A DNA stretch of 53,510 nucleotides, taken from the NCBI GenBank assembly GCA_020536535.1, contig JAHLWZ010000265.1, forward strand, positions 1 to 53,510, read 5' to 3'. The DNA comes from Pelomyxa schiedti. Taxonomy: Eukaryota; Protista; Evosea. Positions 24,827 through 37,591 of this stretch are shown here, piece after piece; the first letter of the stretch is position 1; each line of letters starts with the position of its first letter. The notes beneath the pieces were generated by a model. It searched no databases, was not told the origin of the DNA, and worked only from the letters and a program-made list of their open reading frames with translations. A program made the translations under genes and the position numbers.

Positions 24827-25249
24827 AAATGTGTAGCAAACGTTCGTTGTTGCGTTTATGGTTGTCCCTTGATTTTGTTGGGCGTCGCTAGTTTGGCTCG
24901 TGGGTCCGTTCGGCTCGCTTCGAAGCAACGATTTCTGGAAACTTGGTTGTGTGTTTTGTGCATATTTTATCCGTGCGAAAACGCGTTTCGGCTTGCTGCG
25001 GAAAGATTGATCCAATAACGGGGTTCCTTCGGTGCGATGTAATTTGGGAGTTTGACCTGCCTTCTATGGGTCGTTTTCCTTTCTGGACTTTGCACAAACT
25101 TTGAGAAATGAAGAGAAAAGCGGAAACCAGAAACGAAGTGAGAATGCAGATGCGGAAGGGTGTGGTCCACGGAAAGGGTATTGACAAATTGATGTCATTA
25201 GGGTGCTACACTTCACACTCTGTGTGTAGTGTCTGTGTATGAGTTGTTC

Positions 25250-26769
25250 TTAGGGTTCTATGGGCGGTTCTGGACTTGGGATTACCGGGATGAATTCTCC
25301 GGAGCCAGAGAAGAGGATAACTGTAGGAATTTGAGTGGAGTTAGTGGGATTATGAAACCATGGGGTTGACATACTTGATAAAACAACAAATGCCGTAACT
25401 ATAAAAACAGGATACAACAAAGTGCATACCCTGGGTCTGTGCAGTTGTAGTGTTGGAGCGTCAGCACTATCAGTTGGTAGTGGTTTGGAAACCAAGAGTG
25501 TCTGTACGATAACTGAATTATCACTTGATGTGTGTGGGTTCATTTCATGTCGAAGGGATGGCCAGTGTTCTGCCGGAGAGCAATCTGGTGCTGAAGGAGT
25601 AGGATCACTCATGACGATTGCTGCCCATATCAGACCAAATGTATGTAAATCCGCTAAGCGATTGCATTTGTCACCTGTAGCTGTCAGTGAAGTGCTAGTT
25701 TTTATCTTGAACATTTTCACCTTTGTACCGGAGTCTTGCTGAGACATGTGTCTTTAAGTGGTGAGTGTACAAATTGGTATACAGGTGCTTTTGCTTTTCC
25801 GACGAGCTACCTTAAGTATGATGGGATCGAATTTGAATGTGCCATCTGGCATTTCAACAATGTTTGAAAGAGATAACTCTCTATAAGCCGTGCCAATTGA
25901 TGTCACATAAAAAAAGAATAAGGTTTGAAATGTAACACAAACGTGATAGTACCCGTGTGCAATTCCTTGTTGATGAAGCACTCTAAGGCCAGTAAGCACT
26001 TCACTTTGATGTATAAGGTAGAACGGAAGCAAAGAGGGGATCCCAGGGAAACCTCATATTAGCCTTGATGAATGAACCGGACATAGTCTCTTCCCGATGA
26101 AGTTTATCTTCTAGAGTCCCAATATAATTTTCAGAGAAAGCGAGTATGGTAGTGTTCTAAAAAAAGTTAAAAGACAAAGGGAAAAGGTCTGAATACCGAA
26201 GGATTGGGTTTTAGAGGCAAGTAGTATCTAAGTAAATTCTTGTGTTGTGGCATCCGTTCTATGGCTTGTACTGCCTGCTTGACATTTTTCAGTAGCTGCT
26301 CACCAATTGCTTCATCTTCCACATCTTCTTCACCACCGCTTTCCGTTTCACTTTGGCTATCGCCACAACTGTCACTCAATTCCTCACCTTCACTTTCGTC
26401 GTTGCCCTCACTTTCGCCATCACTCGAGTGCTCCTTTTTGTCATTAGAATAGCTCTTTGGCACCGTCTCCTCTGCGGCACTTTGCGGATCCATCGTGTTC
26501 GCGTTTCTCCTTCTCGGAGCTCCCCACGTCGCCGCCACCTCCACGTCTCCAACGTAACCTGTTGAATCAGATCCACACGCCACGTCAACGAGAGGTGGTG
26601 ACGCCGATGCAGTTGCAGTCTCGCCAGTCTCACGCAACGCAGCGTACGTGAATTTCTTGCACACAAACATCGCCTTGTCATTAGATCTCTGCACTCTATG
26701 AGCAGTGACGTGCAGCCCATCTCGCGTAACTACGTCCAAGGGCAGATCAGAGACCCTCAAGAACGACAT
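25250..26769 (-). CDS. Degenerate protein-kinase-fold protein (probable pseudokinase) with an acidic insert and a C-terminal TM segment
   Basis: FVCKK (VAIK-like), MPQHKNLLRYY, EVLTGLRVLHQQGIAHG-ELSLSNIV...DGTFKFDP; HRD and DFG are not intact; hydrophobic VCTLLYPVFIVTAFVVLSSM. Confidence 0.65.
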
Positions 26770-26849
26770 TTTTTTTCTCTTTGGCATGGAGGAGATTTCG
26801 ATCAAACGAGAATCAAAAAAGAAAGGAACAAAAAACCGAAAGTTTGGAG

Positions 26850-29800
26850 ATGGGTGACGACAGCGAGTTGGAGCAGAGGTTGGAGAAAAATTACCATGAC
26901 ATTGTGTCGTTCCGGGACCAGACGCGTGAACTGTTCAAGCAGGCAAAGAAGTATCAAAGCGTGGCATCGCGTATGCAATCTCTCTTGTTTGGCTAATTAT
27001 TTTTTTTTTTCCCCCCCCCCTTTTCTTTTCTAAGTTGGGCGTAGACATGTGCGAGGAGGAATCCGAGCTCATCGAGTGGATTAGGACTAACAACGATGCT
27101 ATTGCGCGCCCCGTGGGGGATCCCATAAGTACGATGTGCCAACTCCCGTGCTTTCCCTAAGCCTTGATTAATGCGTAGGAAACGGCATCAATGGCATCGT
27201 GGCCCAGATTAAACAAGCTTCTGCGAATACGGACACACTGGTTTCTTCTTCTACTTCTCGAGTTTATTTCTAACTAATGCACAGGCTCGATGTATTGTTG
27301 GTGACTCAGACCCAAACAGATTTTTCCAATTTCTAGAACTTGATGTTCTCCAAGTTTCGGTATATACCCCTTCTTCTTCTTCCCAGAATGAACAATGTTA
27401 CTTGTAGGAGGCAAGGAAGAAAATTGAACGCCTGAAACTGGACTTGACTAATACCATGAAAAAGAAAATTGACACCAAGGCACAGTACTTGCTAGTTGTC
27501 CATGTCAGACTTATTTTTTTTCAGGTTGAACAGGAGCAAATTAAAGCAGATATTGACAAGGCGAGGGAGGAATATCAGGCAAAACTTACAGAAGTCCTGT
27601 CAAAGAGAGACACAAGTTTTTTAAAGTAGCTTTCTTCTCTCCTTTCCAGCTAAGTGGTCATAGGTTTGCTCTGCGCTATGCTCGACGCCAAGTTTCTTAC
27701 CATGAGGACTGTCTTAAATCCTTCTCTACAGTAAAGGCTAATCTGGAAAGCCTAGAAGCTGATATTGAAAAAGGTTATAATTGTGTGACTTTTACATTTA
27801 AGTAAAACAACGCCAGATGGAAATCAAGAAACAACCATTAAGCAAGGAAATATGTTAATGAAAACACCTGTAACCGGTGTTATGCGTGATTACTTCTTCC
27901 AGATTAAGGGCCCTCTTTTGTTACGTTTCAAAGGAAAGGTATATAATAGGATTCTCAGATGCAATATAACCGTCATTCAGGATTTTGATGATAGCGTCCC
28001 ACTGGCGATGTCAACTATCCGTGCTCACCAAAATCGTGGAGGTCCTGATGATGATAAACGTTTTGACATTGTTGTTACTGGGAAAAAGTCAAGGACAATC
28101 ACCCTTCAGGTTTCTTGGTGAAAGTTTTTTTTTCTTACTTCTGGGATAGGCCAACAGTCCTCAAGATCGCTCAGCTTGGATAGATGCTCTGGCACGAGCT
28201 ACGTCTGGAACGTCCTCCAGTGATTCTAGTGATTCAATGGTATAACTCCATGAGAAAATGTAATCCAATACATCTTAGCCACCATCCGATAAAGTGAAGT
28301 CCAGTGATGCTACTGAACCCGAAAGTTCTGATGTGAAAGATGATCTCAAGGTATCTTACATGTCTTGCTGTCTTTGTTAAAACTTTATGATAGCCTGTTG
28401 CAGCAATTCCCCCACCACCAGATGATCGTCCCAGATCAGAGTCATTTGATAGAATAACACTAGAACGGAATTTATCAGTTTCAAGCATTGAAAAGAATAC
28501 ATCTGTGAGGTTTTAATTTTCCCTCCCCTTTTCTATTTTCCCACATCCAACAAGGTCGAGACCTTCAACTGGGCGCCTCAGGTAATTGTTATGCCAAATA
28601 CTTCAACTTACGTAATTTAATTGTTACTGTGACTTTTAGTGGCATGAGTGGTATGTTCAAGTAATTACTTTATCCTTTTTGTAACCTTTCTTTCAAGAAA
28701 CAGTTGTTCAGTGGAATGAAGCTAAGCAGACATTCCTCCGAAAACCGCTTCATCCATCAATGAGGACTCCAGCATTCAAGCTTAAAAAAGTTCCAGTTTG
28801 GACTCTCAAAGAGGTTTCATTTTTTCCTGGCTCTCATATTATAAAAATTCCCCAGCAGTATGTCACATCCAGCCAGGTGCTCATGCCACCACCTCCAAAT
28901 CACCCTCCACCTGCACCTCGCCTGGAGGATCCCAGTACTCCATTCAGGGAGCCATCACCCCCAACCCAGGAGATTCATCCCCCTACACCAACCCCACTAA
29001 CCCCAACTGCTGTTTCTCACACTCCACCACATGTCCCCCCCTCTAGACCACCTCTACCTCCACCAGCTCGAAAAATGCTACCTGGCTCAAAGCCTCCCCT
29101 CCCGCCTCCCCCTGCCCCATTGCAACTCAGCAGTACCCCTGATATTGCACCCCCACCTCCAGTGGAGTCGCCTATTGCTCCTCCTGATGCCCTTGCACCG
29201 CCAGTGGTGACACTTACTGAAGCTTCCCCTCAACCAACAGTGACACCCACTCCGGCACCTACCCAAGTGGTGGATACAACTCCTTCAATTACCACTGTCC
29301 CACCAACACCTGCGCCTCCTGCACAACCTGTCACGGCACCAGCTCCACCTCAGACATCGACACCCGCCCCACAACCCACACCCACAACAACCGTTATTCC
29401 ACCAACACCAGTGGCAACACCAGCAGTAGTACCGGCAACACCTATAACACCGGCAGTAACGGCAACAGTAACGCCGGCGCCAGCACCCTCGCCAACACCT
29501 GCACAAGTCCAAACGCCACCAACGTCCATTTCCACACCAGAACCGGCACCAAAAGTGGCTTCTACACCACAAACACCCATTCAACCACCAACTCCAACTC
29601 CAGTCACTGCTCCACCACCCACCACACCACAAACACCATCAGCCCAGCCTTCGACTACTGAACAGGTATTACTTGTTAATGCAACCGCTCCATTTACCAG
29701 TAACTTAGGAACTAAGTATGAAACTACTTGCACTCCGCAAGTGGGTATCTGAAACAGTATGGACAATGCTAGAAGTGGAGACCCCAGCCTTGCGCCACAA

Positions 29801-30165
29801 AATCTCCAGCTGTCCATCAGCAAATGACGTGTATCCCGCAGCCCAATTTGTCAAACAGATTAAAGCGGTACTGGAAACTACCTTTCACTCACTCCCCAAT
29901 TGCCCTAACAAAATCCTAGCACTTGGTGAAAGCAGAAGAAATTCTGCCCCCGTTACCCATGCATCAACCACCCTCGGTGCAACTTGACCAGCTTGGCCGT
30001 CTTAAGTACATGCTCATCTCTGTTGTTGATGACATCGAGCACACACTGGAAGCCATCAAACTTACCATGGCAACTTCCAATGACTGGGTAGAAATCAAGC
30101 TTTTGGTTCAAGCTGTTCAGCTTGTATACCAAGGAATGAAATCCCGCCCTCCCAACCTCATCTAA
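26850..30165 (+). CDS. BAR-like helical domain + PH domain + long Pro/Thr-rich region + C-terminal helical domain, multi-exon
   Basis: PH motifs IKQGNMLMK...RDYFFQI...LLRF...RFDIV...ITLQ-ANSPQDRSAWIDAL; helical, charged N-terminal half; polyproline tracts 28880-29650. Confidence 0.75.
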
Positions 30166-30284
30166 GCCACCAAACAGCACAAGTATCCACCCAACTTCAA
30201 CTTCTATCAACAGAAATTTTAACAATAAAACATCCCTCTAAAACTCAAACTCTTTTTTTCTACAACCATTCAATAAGTGTTTGT

Positions 30285-33200
30285 TTATTGGTTACTGTAC
30301 TGGCTCCCACCTCCAGCCACAACAGCCTCTTCCACTCCCGCACCCATACCAGGAGCAGTATTTATATCACTCATTGCCACAGGAGAAGTAGGTGGGTGCT
30401 TCCTGCGATTGATCCATCTTCCAAACAAGAACAAAGCACCAGCAGACAGGCAGCCGAATGCAACAGCACCAACAGTCACTCCAACGGCTATTCCTACTGC
30501 GTGCTTCTTATGGTCTTCTGAACTATCCTCTGTGTGTTGTTTGTTGTGGGTTTTTGAATTTGTGTGGTCAGTTATGTTATGAGGTAATATTTAGAAAGAA
30601 AAGGATAGGGACAAGGACGGGGAATTTTTACCACAGTAGGGTCCAAATGATAGAGCCGTTACCATGAAGGAGGGGAAAATGGAGTGGTACTGGGCTGACC
30701 ATGTTGCCATGTCTATGGACCACAGTTCGGCGTTGTCAGTGTAGTAGTTTCGGCCGGTGAAATAGAGTCTGTTTGTGCAGGTATCATAGGACAAGCTCTG
30801 CGTGTATTCCGTTGTGTACGGGCTGTAGATCATGATGTAGTATGTGTCATCGATTATGCCGATGCTTTGGGATGTGTAGTCTATGGCGTAGATTGCGCCG
30901 AGTGGATCCGTTGCTATGTCTGTAATTACTGCATCTGTTATCTGTGCACTCAGGTTAATAATTGGGTAAAAGCATTGTAGGTGGAATTGTGACTTGAGAA
31001 CTCATGGAAATGTTCTTACCGTAAGAAGTTGGGTTACTCGCATGGTCTCGGGATCCAACAGATACAGGTACGAGTCAAATCCATCATTGGATATGACTAG
31101 AAAGCCGAACTGTATGGTGTTCCAAGTCATGCCAGTTACATCACCATAGGGAATGTCCAGTGACCCGAAATATTGTAGTGAGCAACTGGAGGTGGAAAGC
31201 ATGTAGAATTCCACAGTGTCTGTATTGATGAGGAATAGATCACCCGGGTATAACTCTTCAAAATCGCCAGCTATGAAGTTATAATTCCCTGGTTGGATGA
31301 AACATTCTGTAGTCCAGTCACGGAGTGTGGGCTCAGTGAATGTATTCACAGAATAAAAATATGGGTCCAGTACATAACCAGAAAATTGAGATGGAGCTTC
31401 TTCTATGAAAAGTTGACAAATACTCACTTTCAACAAAGGGGAAAAAACCTGACGTTTGTGGTTGCGGAGGGTTTTCTGTGAAGGAGAGGAATCAGTGGGC
31501 AGGTGAAAAATGGGAAGTGACTACCTAATACCGCTAAAGTGAAAGATCCAGTAGCGGATGACCAACCAGTAACAAAAATCCAGTAGGATACTCCCGCTTC
31601 TCCTTCCCATTCAACCATCGAACCCAAAATACAATAATCATCATCGAAGGCGATACACTCAGAAACGTATTCGTTCTGCTGACAACCCGAGAAGATGTAT
31701 ATTTGTGTATCATAGTCTGTTGAGGTACATGTACTAGCAGAGAGGGATTGATCTTCTGGTGGGGTATAGACAAAGAGTAGTCCTTTAGGTCTCTTAGTAC
31801 AAAGAATACAATTGGAATTGAAAGGAAACCTGGAGAGTAAAGGGAGAAGCAAGTTATCTCTTGCCACGGCGCATCTGTTGTGTTTCCACCAATTGTAAAG
31901 GGAAGCTGGTCAACAGTTATTGCTGAATCACAGTCAACTAGTGGAATTGATAAAAGGGTAAGCTGTGGCTGATTAAACAGGGTGGAAAGATACGGGGATG
32001 ACTAAAAGAGCCAGAACCTTACAACATAGAAATGAGGAAAAAGTAACCAAATAACTAGGAAAAATACCAGGTAGGCTTATTGGTGGCTCTACATCTGGAA
32101 ATATTATTAAGATGTGATAGGGACAAGCAAGGTAAGCCAATACCAGAAACAGAGAGAAAATAATATTCGCCAAGTGAGAGAGTTCCACTTGTAATCATAA
32201 TGTAGTAAGTTTCACCAGCGACTGCAAGCCAATCAATTGACGAACCAGTCCCACAGCTATCATCATCACGTGCAATACAGGTGCCTACATCTCCAGTTGT
32301 TTCACATCCTGAAAAAACGTAGAGAATTGTGTCCATTTCATTCACGGCATTGCAGGTATTGGCGTTGACTGTCCCAGTAGTAGAAGGGGTGTAGGAAACC
32401 AATTGTCCTGAGGAAAGTTATGATGAACAGGAGCCTAGTGCCGAACCTGGTGTCGAAATGGAAAAGCAATCCACTGTTTGAGGGGTAGCGCTGTCCAGAG
32501 ACCCTGACAGTGTATATGGTAACATTGGAATATCTTGAGCTGCAGCGCAGTCTAAGTTGCCACCTGTATGAATCTTAGTAAATAAAAAGGAAAAGACACT
32601 CATTACTTGTTCCTTCTGTTCAAGTCAATGAGAGACAAAGGTGAGTAAGCTGAAATATGTTACAGGGAAAAAACCTTCCACTATTAGAGTGAAATTCCCT
32701 TCACCAGAAAGGAAGCCCGCCACGACAATATAATAAGTAGTATACTCAACGGCGTTCCACATGGCCATTGAAGAAAGTCGACAGTAGTCGTCGTTAGATG
32801 TCACACAGCCACTGCCACCTTCACTATCATCGCATGATGTATAAACATATATTACTGTGTCAAAATTTGTCGTTCCCCCACAAGTTTGTGCAATAACTGA
32901 AACATTACTAGCTGGAGCAAACAGGAAAAGAGCGCCTGTCAATAGTTACTTGGTGTGCTTCAGCTCATTCTGATTTTACCGTGACTTTGCTGTTCAGAGA
33001 AACAGTCAATCACTGACATTGGGGAGCCAAGTGTGGATCCATTGTAGGCAAAGGGAAGGGATTCAACGCGGATAGCATCATTGCAACTAAGTACTTGAGG
33101 GAGGAGCATTAATAACAGATACAGCAAATACTTAACATACTGGGTAACTCTGCAACCAAAGAGGGTCAAAGAAGTAAAAATTAAATTGGGAAAAGACTAT

Positions 33201-34617
33201 AGCCATAGTACCTTCCAGGGATAAAGAAAATTCCCCAACACTGTCAGAGTATCCAGTAACAAAGATGAAATATGTCGTTTGTGCTTCCCCTACCCACTGC
33301 AGTGCAGATTGCAACGAACAGTAATCGTCGTTGTCAAGGCAATTGTAGACATTCCCGTTATTACAGCAACTAGTAAACACATAAATCATTGTATCCAGCT
33401 CAGCTGTGGAGCACAAAGAAGCATTCAACCCCACAGTTGAGGCAGGTGTGTAGGAAAATAGAACTCCTAAAGGAAAATTAGGTAACGCATTCAAACAAGG
33501 GTTAACCTTGTTTAGGTGTTGAAAAACATGAAACTAAGCTAGAGGGTGCAGAAGTTGTATCGCCTTGGTATGAAAAAGGCAACGAGTCAATAACCACCGC
33601 TGATTGACAATCCACTACAGTCTCTGTGTACAAGTGCATAAGCCACTCAAATGGAACTGAAAAACGAGAAAAAAACAGCAGAGGGACAACCTGTAGTGTT
33701 GCACTCTACATAAGACGAGGATTCCGACGGTGCACACATCTCTGGGAAAGCAAGACCATCCACAGAGGTTGTTGGAAATGTGCCCATCAAACTGCTGGTT
33801 CCAGTGGATATATCCACCATTCTAAGCTCCGAATTGAGCGAATCCGCATTTGCACCAGCGAACCACACCACGTCATTGCACGCGTCATAAGACATCGACA
33901 CTGGGGTACCCAGGCTGAATCCAATTGTCCCAGTCCCACCGGTGTCGCTGCCGTCGATTGGCCACCCAATTGCCGAAGTGGGGTCGATCCGCCACACGAC
34001 GGCGGTGTCCTGGTCGACGGCGAACAGCGCGCCGTCGGACTCGTCGGCGGCGAGGGCGACGAGGTGCGCGGGGCCCTCGACGACGCCGACGGGGCTCGCG
34101 CGGCCGCCGCCGGCCGCGTCGATGGTGTAGAGGTAGCTCAGCGAGTCCAGCTGGTCCCAGAACAGGGCGTAGAGCGCGGCGCGGCGCACCGAGTGGGCGA
34201 GGGCCGTGCCGTGCAGCAGCAGCGAGACGCCCGTGGGGCCCACGAGCGCGTGGGCGCAGGTCGCCGTGTCCAGCGTGTAGAGCGAGTTGTCGGAGCCCAG
34301 GGCCACAAGCGTGGGGCCCCCGGGCACGAACTCGGCGGCGACGAGGCTCAGGCTGGTGCTGTAGGTGCAGACCGGGGTCCACTCCCACAGGAACGGGGTG
34401 GCGAAAGAGGCCAGGCCGTAGTTGTCGGCATCGAGGACGTACGCAGGGGAACAGTTGGCAGTAGCTGAGTACCCAAATACAAAGGGGTTTTAGGGTCTGT
34501 TGCCAACAACAGCAACCAACGAGGAGGGGGGAGCGAATGATGGAGAGGGGGAACTTTACTGTGAAGAAGTGCAAAAATCGAAAGAAAAGACAAAATTGAG
34601 ACGTGGAGGCACGGCAT
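30285..34617 (-). CDS. Type I membrane surface protein: signal peptide, beta-propeller-like domain, four Cys/Asp-rich PPC-like beta-sandwich repeats, second propeller-like domain, TM and short tail
   Basis: Signal MPCLHVSILSFLSIFALLH. Four repeats C..A..I..LPF...G......CFS...G.L..Y.P....A.TC....DT.IYVF.GC.....C....DD.C...S...W....TY.I.V.G....G.F.L. Two homologous propeller-like regions start YVLD..Y....F..P.L..WT..C. TM AVGIAVGVTVGAVAFGCLSAGALFLF followed by RWINRRK. Confidence 0.8.
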
Positions 34618-34777
34618 GGTTGGGTTGGCAACCCTTTTTTTATTATTATTTTGTCCGCGAAAAACGAAACTCTTTGGCAAACCAAGTGTCTCATCAACCC
34701 TATCAAGGAATGGCTTTGATTCTGCGGCCGGAATTAACATTTGTGTTTCCTTGTTTGGGAGGATGGCATCCCCGCTG

Positions 34778-35577
34778 TCAGGTTGTGTTTTGTTGTTGTT
34801 TTTGCTGAGTGTGTGGAATGAAGGTAAAAGTGTCATTGGGTTGCACACCTAGTTGTGACATTGTCATGGTGTTGTTGAGGAGCTTCTGGCCGTTGTGCAC
34901 TAAACAGTTGTGCTTCCAGACATACTTCCTGTGGGATTTGTTATTATGGGAAGGGTTGTGGGTGTTTGTAGGAATGTTGTTTCGTTTCCTAGAGAATAAT
35001 AACTCAACCAGGAAATAAGTGTGCTCTGTTTGGCCAGTGTTTGCCGCTGGTGAATGTATGCTTTCATATCCTCTTTCAAATCCCCTACTGTTGTATCTTG
35101 CTTCACATACAAATCTAAGTCCCAGTCCGTCAATGTTGCCAAAAAAAGCAATTCACACACTTATGATGCCGCCATCACCCCTCTGCAATTTTACAACAAA
35201 TGCTTCACCATTCTCAAAAGCCAGTGCACGTTCTACCATCTGGGGCCTCAAATGCACCCCCATGTGCGAAAAATCAGCAACAACAGGGTCTTGCGTCATT
35301 CTCTCCAGTATCCTTCCCAGTTGCTCTGGTTTGTTGGAGTGTTTTGTTGATGGTGTATTATGGGACGTGACTTCGTTTCTTAATCTATGCAATCTCGCAT
35401 GCCTATAGAAAATTGCTGCAAACGCCCACCAACATCAGTGTTGCACCCACCATCCATTTCGAAAAACTCATCATGATTGTGATGGTAATCATCATCAGAA
35501 GACTCCTCAGACTCTGACCCACTCAGATGAGCTACTACTCTCCTTGATTGGGAGTAGTAGCGCATCACTCCACCCAT
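34778..35577 (-). CDS. SNRNP25: U11/U12 snRNP 25-kDa protein (ubiquitin-like fold)
   Basis: QDPVVADF...ALAFENGEAFVVKLQRGDG...YVKQDTTVGDLK...ISW-KYVWKHNCLVHNGQKL...LGVQPNDTFTFI parallels SNRNP25 QDPLLCDL...ALEYGQAMTVRV..MDG...ATVLDLK...ISWSYVWRTYHL..GEKL...YGIRNRDEVSFI. Start codon uncertain. Confidence 0.85.
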
Positions 35578-35663
35578 TGTCTTGTGGTGCGTTTCCAGTA
35601 GTTGTAGGAACCCTGGTCCTGTGATCTTTCAAGACAGAAAACAGCTTGGTGTCTAAGAATTAG

Positions 35664-37153
35664 ATGAACGAGCTCGTATTGGAGTTGGTGTTGGGGTATT
35701 TAGAGCCTCAGTGCCTCTGCCATGTGATGTTGGTCTGTAGATCTTGGCTACAAGTATGCGGTGAGTACCCGAAGGAAAATAATACATACATTTCACTACG
35801 CGTTTAGACCGTAGTTGGACTTTTAGAGAATACAAACCAAACCCATTTGATTTTAAAAAAAAACATACATGTTGACTGTTTTTGATTTACATAGAGAGGG
35901 TCAAGTTGCGCCCCCACAGCGTGAAAATTCCCTGCGACGACAGTCATGTGCAAAAGTTGGCACGGTGCTCCTGGATGAGAGGTTTGTGGCTTGAATTTAA
36001 TAGTGACTTCCTCGAGGAATGCTTAATTTCATTAGACACTTTGGTGGAATTAACTCTGGAGAGGCCTAGTATGATAACTGATGCTGGGTTGTCCACAATA
36101 GCACTCTTTACTCACCTGAAGGGTTTGGTGATTGACTCTTGTGAGCTGGTTTTTCCCTCCTTTTCTGTTATTGCACTGATGAACTCCAGATATCTGATGA
36201 GGGGGTGATTACTTTGCTGGGGTCGCTTCCCCAAACCTTGGAGTACCTGTCGGTGGATAACTGTAGTACTCTGACGGACGAGATTATGGTAGTTCTAGCA
36301 GCATGCTTTCCAACGTTACAGTCTCTAAGTCTCGATTCTTGCGAAATTGGGGATCCCGGCCTCGTGCATCTGTCAAGTGCCGTTTTTTGCAAGTTAATAC
36401 ACTCCCCCGCCGAAACATCTAGTATCTCTAATAATTACAAGGTCTCTCAAATCGTTGAACCTTTGCTATATAAATGCCACCGGACTTGGGATTACTGCTT
36501 GTTTGACCGCATTTACTGCACTGGAGCACATCAACTTAGACTTGCTTGCAGATGTTGGGGATGACCCATTACAGTATTTACCTAGCGCATTGGTTTCTTT
36601 CAGTGCGGAGGCAACTGATATTGGAAATGAAGGCATACAGCACTTGGTTCATCTATGCCCAAAGCTACACACCCTGTCTCTACTGTGTAATCAGCTGACT
36701 GATTTTGGGGTGCAGCTTTTAGAAGGGCTTCCAAGCCTTCAAGTCTTAGCTCTATCTGTGCCAACAATTTCCCCTGAGTGCTTATCCCATCTTCCAGAGG
36801 GATTAAAGGTGTTGAAGTTAGCTGGTTGCCTACAAGGAGTCAACGATAATTCGTTGATGACAGTGTGTCAAAAGCAAAAGTCATCCCTGCTTTCCTTGGA
36901 TATCAAAGGTTGCATACTTGTTACAGCAGCGGGGTTTCTTTCTGCCTTACCAGTATGCTGTATGTTGAGGCATGTGAACGCTGAGCAGTGCCCAGCTATC
37001 AACCGCCAAGTCACTGAGCAACTGAAAGCGACCTGCCCCTCGTTGGTGTGCTTTTGCAGCACCGGGACTTCAACAGACCCGGAAGAAGAGTGGACTGAAC
37101 TACAGCCTTGTTCAATGGAAAGAGACCCTGACAATGCCATCAGTTATTGGTGA
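35664..37153 (+). CDS. F-box / leucine-rich-repeat protein (FBXL-like)
   Basis: Exon 1 MNELVLELVLGYLEPQCLCHVMLVCRSWLQVC (F-box pattern), then Cys-containing LRRs (L..L.L..C..ITD.GL). Confidence 0.85.
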
Positions 37154-37290
37154 ATTCACCAACAACTACAACCGCCTTCTTCCATCATTGTTGAGTGGCA
37201 CCATTCAAAAATGATTGGTGGCAACAACCAATAACAACAGTTGAATTGGAAATGGCTGCACAAATGCTAGTGGGCAGCACACAGAACAAG

Positions 37291-37591
37291 TCACGGGTGA
37301 TAAGGAGGAGGTGGAGAGCCATCCCGGTCATTCTTGTCTCGGTCTGTTCTTCCTCTTGGACCCATAGACATTTCTTGTTCAAACCGCCTCTGCCTCCTTC
37401 TAAGCTTCCTCCTCCTTTAGTTGTGTGATTAGTAATAGAGCAACTTAACATTAACCAACAAAGTACATCAAAATTCAACACCGACAACACAACCTGTAGC
37501 GAGCCCTCATATTCCGGATTGAAGCAATTATGCCCTCAGCAATAAGAATTGAGCCCACCAGAACACCAGCACTTATCAACAGCTCCGCCAT
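37291..37591 (-). CDS. Predicted 73-aa single-TM microprotein with a polybasic stretch and a C-terminal PPPY motif (not in the ORF track)
   Basis: Exons 37591-37494 and 37414-37291 (222 nt) joined by a GT...CTAAT...AAG intron: MAELLISAGVLVGSILIAEGIIASIRNMRARYRRRKLRRRQRRFEQEMSMGPRGRTDRDKNDRDGSPPPPYHP*. Confidence 0.6.
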
